From Spirochaetia bacterium (GTDB taxonomy: Bacteria; Spirochaetota; Spirochaetia; CADAEX01), in the NCBI GenBank assembly GCA_963662265.2, contig CAXXHA010000035.1, forward strand, positions 184,062 through 248,061: DNA of 64,000 nucleotides, given 5' to 3'. A program made the translations under genes and the position numbers. The notes under the pieces were generated by a model, which saw only the letters and a program-made list of their open reading frames with translations, was not told the origin of the DNA and searched no databases. The first letter of the stretch is position 1, and each line of letters opens with the position of its first letter. Shown piece by piece: positions 60,077 through 64,000 of this stretch.

Positions 60077-60875
60077 TCTTTTCTGTTATCCTGCCGAGTT
60101 CTCCGATTGAAATATTCAGAATATCAGCTGCTGTTTTATAAGCTTTTTCAAGCATTCCGATGTAAAAACTTCCCGCTTCTGTTCCGTCTTTAAATAATTT
60201 CATTTTCCCGTGACTGTCCACTGCTGAAAAAGGGAAATCTGTCTCTATAAGCATTCTGCTTGAGTCTGCCTTTGCAATGTTTTCCAGTGTTTTGCTGTTT
60301 CTTCTGATTATCATTGCTGCTGAAAATGATATATATCCGCCCATTTTTATCAGCTCATTCATTGTTTCGTGGGAACCTGTGAAGCTGTGTATGATAAAAG
60401 GTATCCGGGTCCTGCCTTGAAAACCGCTTTTCAATATATTCAGGCAGTTTCCCCACTCCCTTACACAATGGATGGTAAAAGGCCTCTTGTATTTTACTGC
60501 AAGTTCTATATGGCTTCTGAATATTTCTTTCTGAGTTTCTATATCAGCTCCCCTTAATCTGTCAAGACCGGTTTCACCTATAAGAATTTTTTTATTTTTT
60601 TTTAGAAGGTTTTCAAGTGTTTTTTTTTCTGATTTTTCCCATATTTCAACTGATTCCGTATTCCACGGATGAAGCGCCCTGAAAAGCAGTATGTCCGGAA
60701 ATGTTGATTTTTCTGCTGGAGGGGAATTAATTAATGAAGAAAAGTCTTCTCCGTCGCTTATTTCTGAGTTGATGAAGATTGAAGAGACCCCTTTTGATGA
60801 GGAAAAGTTTAAAAAATCCGAATAAAATTCTTTAAAAATTGCATTAATATGGCTGTGTGCATCAAAAAAACTCAT
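60036..60875 (-). CDS. tatD: TatD family hydrolase
   Basis: DAHSH, HPW, GETGLD, IHCVR, IHSFTGS, IETD. Confidence 0.85.
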   Translation of the reverse strand: MSFFDAHSHINAIFKEFYSDFLNFSSSKGVSSIFINSEISDGEDFSSLINSPPAEKSTFPDILLFRALHPWNTESVEIWEKSEKKTLENLLKKNKKILIGETGLDRLRGADIETQKEIFRSHIELAVKYKRPFTIHCVREWGNCLNILKSGFQGRTRIPFIIHSFTGSHETMNELIKMGGYISFSAAMIIRRNSKTLENIAKADSSRMLIETDFPFSAVDSHGKMKLFKDGTEAGSFYIGMLEKAYKTAADILNISIGELGRITEKNGKIFTDYTTSGQ

Positions 60876-61019
60876 ATTCTACGAATTTCATTATATATGA
60901 AAATCAGGTTTTGTGTTAAAATAATTGAAGGAAAAAGAAAAAAACAGTTTTTTCAACCTCATTGACTATCTTTTTCCCTCTACATATACTTTCAAAAACC
61001 ACAAATCAGGAGAAGATTC

Positions 61020-61235
61020 TTGGCCAAGGGAAAACCGATAATTAATATCGACAGGTGTAAGGGATGCGGCCTCTGTATCGGCACATGTCCTAAAAAGATC
61101 TTAAAGATGTCTGATGAAACAAACAGTCAGGGAGTTCATTATCCTGTCTGCTTTGATGAAGACTCATGTATAGCCTGCACATTCTGCGCAACAATGTGTC
61201 CGGATGTTGCAATTGAAATAGTAAAATATAATTAG
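61020..61235 (+). CDS. 2x[4Fe-4S] ferredoxin, delta subunit of a 2-oxoacid oxidoreductase
   Basis: CKGCGLCIGTCP and CIACTFCATMCP; TTG start after AGGAG. Confidence 0.9.
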   Translation: MAKGKPIINIDRCKGCGLCIGTCPKKILKMSDETNSQGVHYPVCFDEDSCIACTFCATMCPDVAIEIVKYN

Positions 61236-61249
61236 AGAGAGTAAATAAT

Positions 61250-62299
61250 ATGGGTAAAAAAATTCTCATGAAAGGTAACGAGGCAATCGGTGAGGCTGCA
61301 ATACTTGCAGGCTGTACCCATTACTTCGGTTATCCTATAACACCACAGAATGAAATACCTGCTTATATGTCAAAAAGGCTTCCCCAGATTGGGGGCACCT
61401 TTCTTCAGGCTGAAAGTGAAATAGCCGCAATAAGCATGGTAATGGGTGCTTCTGCTTCAGGAGCAAGGGTAATGACATCCTCATCTTCACCCGGAATCGC
61501 GCTCAAGCAGGAGGGCATTTCATATCTCTCAGGAGCACAGCTTCCCGCTGTTGTCGTGAATATGATGAGGGGAGGACCCGGGCTCGGTAATATTGCAGGT
61601 GCTCAGGGTGATTATTTCCAGGCTACCAGAGGCGGCGGAAACGGGGATTACAGGACTTTTGTTTTCGGTCCCGGTAATGTACAGGAGCTTGCAGATTATA
61701 CAATCAAGGCTTTTGAACTCGCAGATAAATACAGAATGGTTGCAATGATTCTTGGAGACGGATTCCTCGGCCAGATGGCAGAAGGTTTTGAGCTTCCTGA
61801 AAAAGTTGAAAAACTTCCTGCGAAAGACTGGGCGCTTACCGGTGCAAAAGGGAGAGATCCTAAAACAATAGCATCATTGAGGCTTAAACCTGATGAGTAT
61901 CTTGAACAGCATAATCTCGAACTGCAGGCAATTTATGATGAAATTACTGAGAAAGAAACAATATATGACACATATATGGTTGAAGATGCGGAAGTTCTTA
62001 TTGTTGCCTATGGCACATCATCCAGGGTCTGTCGTAAGGCAATCAGGATGCTGAGGGAATCAGGCATCAAGGTAGGAATGTTCAGACCTATTACTCTCTG
62101 GCCGTTCCCCTATAAAGAACTTATTGATGCTTCAAAGGGAATGAAAAAGGTGCTTACTGTTGAAATGAGTCTCGGCCAGATGGTTGAGGATGTGTACATG
62201 AGCGCTGGTCGTTTCACTGATGTTGATTTCTACGGCCGGGCAGGAGGCATGCTTCCCAGGGTTGAAACAATTATAGAGAAGGTGAAAAGCTATGTGTAA
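61250..62299 (+). CDS. 2-oxoacid:ferredoxin oxidoreductase alpha subunit (VorB/KorA-type)
   Basis: GYPITPQ, QAESEIAA, TSSSSPG, RGGPGLGNI. Confidence 0.92.
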   Translation: MGKKILMKGNEAIGEAAILAGCTHYFGYPITPQNEIPAYMSKRLPQIGGTFLQAESEIAAISMVMGASASGARVMTSSSSPGIALKQEGISYLSGAQLPAVVVNMMRGGPGLGNIAGAQGDYFQATRGGGNGDYRTFVFGPGNVQELADYTIKAFELADKYRMVAMILGDGFLGQMAEGFELPEKVEKLPAKDWALTGAKGRDPKTIASLRLKPDEYLEQHNLELQAIYDEITEKETIYDTYMVEDAEVLIVAYGTSSRVCRKAIRMLRESGIKVGMFRPITLWPFPYKELIDASKGMKKVLTVEMSLGQMVEDVYMSAGRFTDVDFYGRAGGMLPRVETIIEKVKSYV

Positions 62300-63035
62300 A
62301 ATATATTCATATCCGGAATCACTTATAGATGTAAAAACACATTACTGCGCCGGCTGCGGTCATGGAATTGTTCATAAACTCCTGGCACAGTGCCTGGATG
62401 AACTGGGATTAAGAGAAGATACAATTCTTGTTGCTCCTGTCGGATGTTCTGTTCTTGCTTATAACTATATCAAGGTTGACGGTCTTGAAGCTGCCCACGG
62501 CAGGGCTCCTGCAGTTGCTACAGGTATCAAGAGGGTTCATAAGGACAAGATTGTTCTTTCATACCAGGGTGACGGCGACCTGCTGGCGATAGGAACTGCA
62601 GAGACAGTTCATGCTGCCAACAGAGGGGAAAATATTACTGTTATCTTTATAAATAACGCTATTTACGGGATGACAGGCGGTCAGATGGCTCCTACAACAA
62701 TGGAAAACCAGGTAACAAAAACAAGTCCTTACGGAAGGGATGTTTCTGATGTAGGATACCCGATAAGAGCCTGTGAAATGATTAATACTCTTACAAGTCC
62801 TGTTTATATAGAAAGAACCAGTGTTCATGATGTGAAAAACATCAACAAGACTAAAAAGGCTCTGATGAAGGCTCTAAAGTACCAGAAGGAAGGAAAGGGA
62901 TATTCTTTTGTTGAGATCCTTTCAATGTGTCCTACAAACTGGGGTGTTGCTCCCCAGACAGGGGCAGACTGGGTAAGGGATGTAATGGTTCCTTACTATC
63001 CTTTGAAAAAGTTCAGAGATATAGAGGAGAATTAA
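62292..63035 (+). CDS. 2-oxoacid:ferredoxin oxidoreductase beta (TPP-binding) subunit
   Basis: YCAGCGHG, HGRAPAVATG, GDGD, NNAIYGMTGGQ. Confidence 0.92.
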   Translation: MCKIYSYPESLIDVKTHYCAGCGHGIVHKLLAQCLDELGLREDTILVAPVGCSVLAYNYIKVDGLEAAHGRAPAVATGIKRVHKDKIVLSYQGDGDLLAIGTAETVHAANRGENITVIFINNAIYGMTGGQMAPTTMENQVTKTSPYGRDVSDVGYPIRACEMINTLTSPVYIERTSVHDVKNINKTKKALMKALKYQKEGKGYSFVEILSMCPTNWGVAPQTGADWVRDVMVPYYPLKKFRDIEEN

Positions 63036-63036
63036 G

Positions 63037-63573
63037 ATGACTCATGAGATTATTTTTGCAGGATTCGGCGGTCAGGGTGTTCTCCTTGCAGGTAAAATAC
63101 TCTGTATTGCTGCAATGAATGAGGGAAAATATGTTTCCCATATCCCTTCATACGGTGCTGAAATGAGAGGGGGAACAGCAAACTGCAGTGTTGTGGTTTC
63201 TGATGAAGATATTGCATCTCCTGTAGTTGAGAGTCCTGATATCTGTGTAGTTCTCAATACACCTTCACTTACAAAATTCGAACCAAGAATAAGGAAGGGA
63301 GGAACACTTATCTATAATACTTCCCTCATAAATATAAAACCTCAGAGAGATGATATTAAGATAATTGGTATTGATGCCAATGATATTTCAGAGAAGAACG
63401 GTTCATCCCGTGCCGCAAACATGGCAGCACTGGGCTGTCTTGTCGCTGAAAACCCCGAGCTTTCATCAGTTGATTCTGTTATAGGCGCTCTTGATGAAGC
63501 TATATCTGAAAGAAACAAGAAATTCAATCCTACTAATATTGCAATAATTAAAGAAGGATACAGCCGGAAGTAA
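63037..63573 (+). CDS. 2-oxoacid:ferredoxin oxidoreductase gamma subunit
   Basis: GFGGQGV, PSYGAEMRGGT. Confidence 0.92.
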   Translation: MTHEIIFAGFGGQGVLLAGKILCIAAMNEGKYVSHIPSYGAEMRGGTANCSVVVSDEDIASPVVESPDICVVLNTPSLTKFEPRIRKGGTLIYNTSLINIKPQRDDIKIIGIDANDISEKNGSSRAANMAALGCLVAENPELSSVDSVIGALDEAISERNKKFNPTNIAIIKEGYSRK

Positions 63574-64000
63574 AAGGGGAATGATTTACTTCAGCAATAG
63601 TATTGTTGGGATATATCATTTAATATTCAGCTCAGGCTGAACAGCATCTGGCTATGGGGCTTTCCTGTCATACAGGAGAGCCTCTTTTTTTTGTTTGAAG
63701 AAGTAATCTTTCTGTTATAGAGATGTTGATATCATTATTACAGAAAGATTATTTCATTATTAAATAACTGAATCAGGTAGAAAGCCGTTTTTCTGATTCC
63801 CGATATTTTACAATGCTTTACATCAATGCTGAGTATTTATGTTTCCCAAAAGACAGAATATTTGATAATCTTATTGAGTCAGGCTGCAGAAGTATTGGAA
63901 ATATTCTATATAATGCAATATTATTCTGCAGAATTAGCATAAAAAGAAATATACCGACACAGCAGTCAGTATGCTATACTGAAGTTTGTGTTTTCCTGAC

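Noticed and set aside
63700-63756. 15/16-bp inverted repeat in the terminal intergenic region
   Set aside because: AT-rich hairpins are common in this window's spacers and the downstream context is cut off, so it cannot be assigned.
1-64000. CRISPR array, tRNA or rRNA genes
   Set aside because: No repeat with three or more regularly spaced units and unique spacers, no cas genes, and no tRNA T-loop/cloverleaf or rRNA signature seen.

Overview
AT-rich bacterial chromosome segment (roughly 38-40% GC by eye), probably from a free-living anaerobic spirochaete (Spirochaetaceae-like). The clues are substrate-binding proteins with 'AGGKKE/AEGQGE/ANGTME' post-signal motifs, a spirochaete-type lipobox and 2-oxoacid:ferredoxin oxidoreductases. 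Most genes are housekeeping or transport: aspS, purL/purQ, lysA, sppA, iorAB-paaK, degP, an RND efflux operon with a P-II-like protein and two-component system, nucleoside/amino-acid/metal ABC parts, tatD-tcdA and a 4-subunit 2-oxoacid oxidoreductase. The standout is an apparent two-locus aminophosphonate uptake and degradation system built on a TAXI-type TRAP transporter. Locus 1 is phnW divergent from a TAXI receptor plus fused permease, near a HutC-type GntR. Locus 2, about 40 kb away, is a pbfA-like lyase followed by an orphan paralogous TAXI receptor, near a DeoR. Both loci carry 11-bp-periodic TAACA/TGTTA repeats that resemble Pho boxes. Also present: a REP-associated tyrosine transposase (RAYT) with a candidate repeat (GGGGACGGAGG, two copies inside a neighbouring CDS), a ~150-nt rod-like RNA candidate, a gene remnant, and three single-base homopolymer frameshifts that look like sequencing errors. 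No rRNA, tRNA or CRISPR array was seen. All family assignments come from motif recognition, not database searches.
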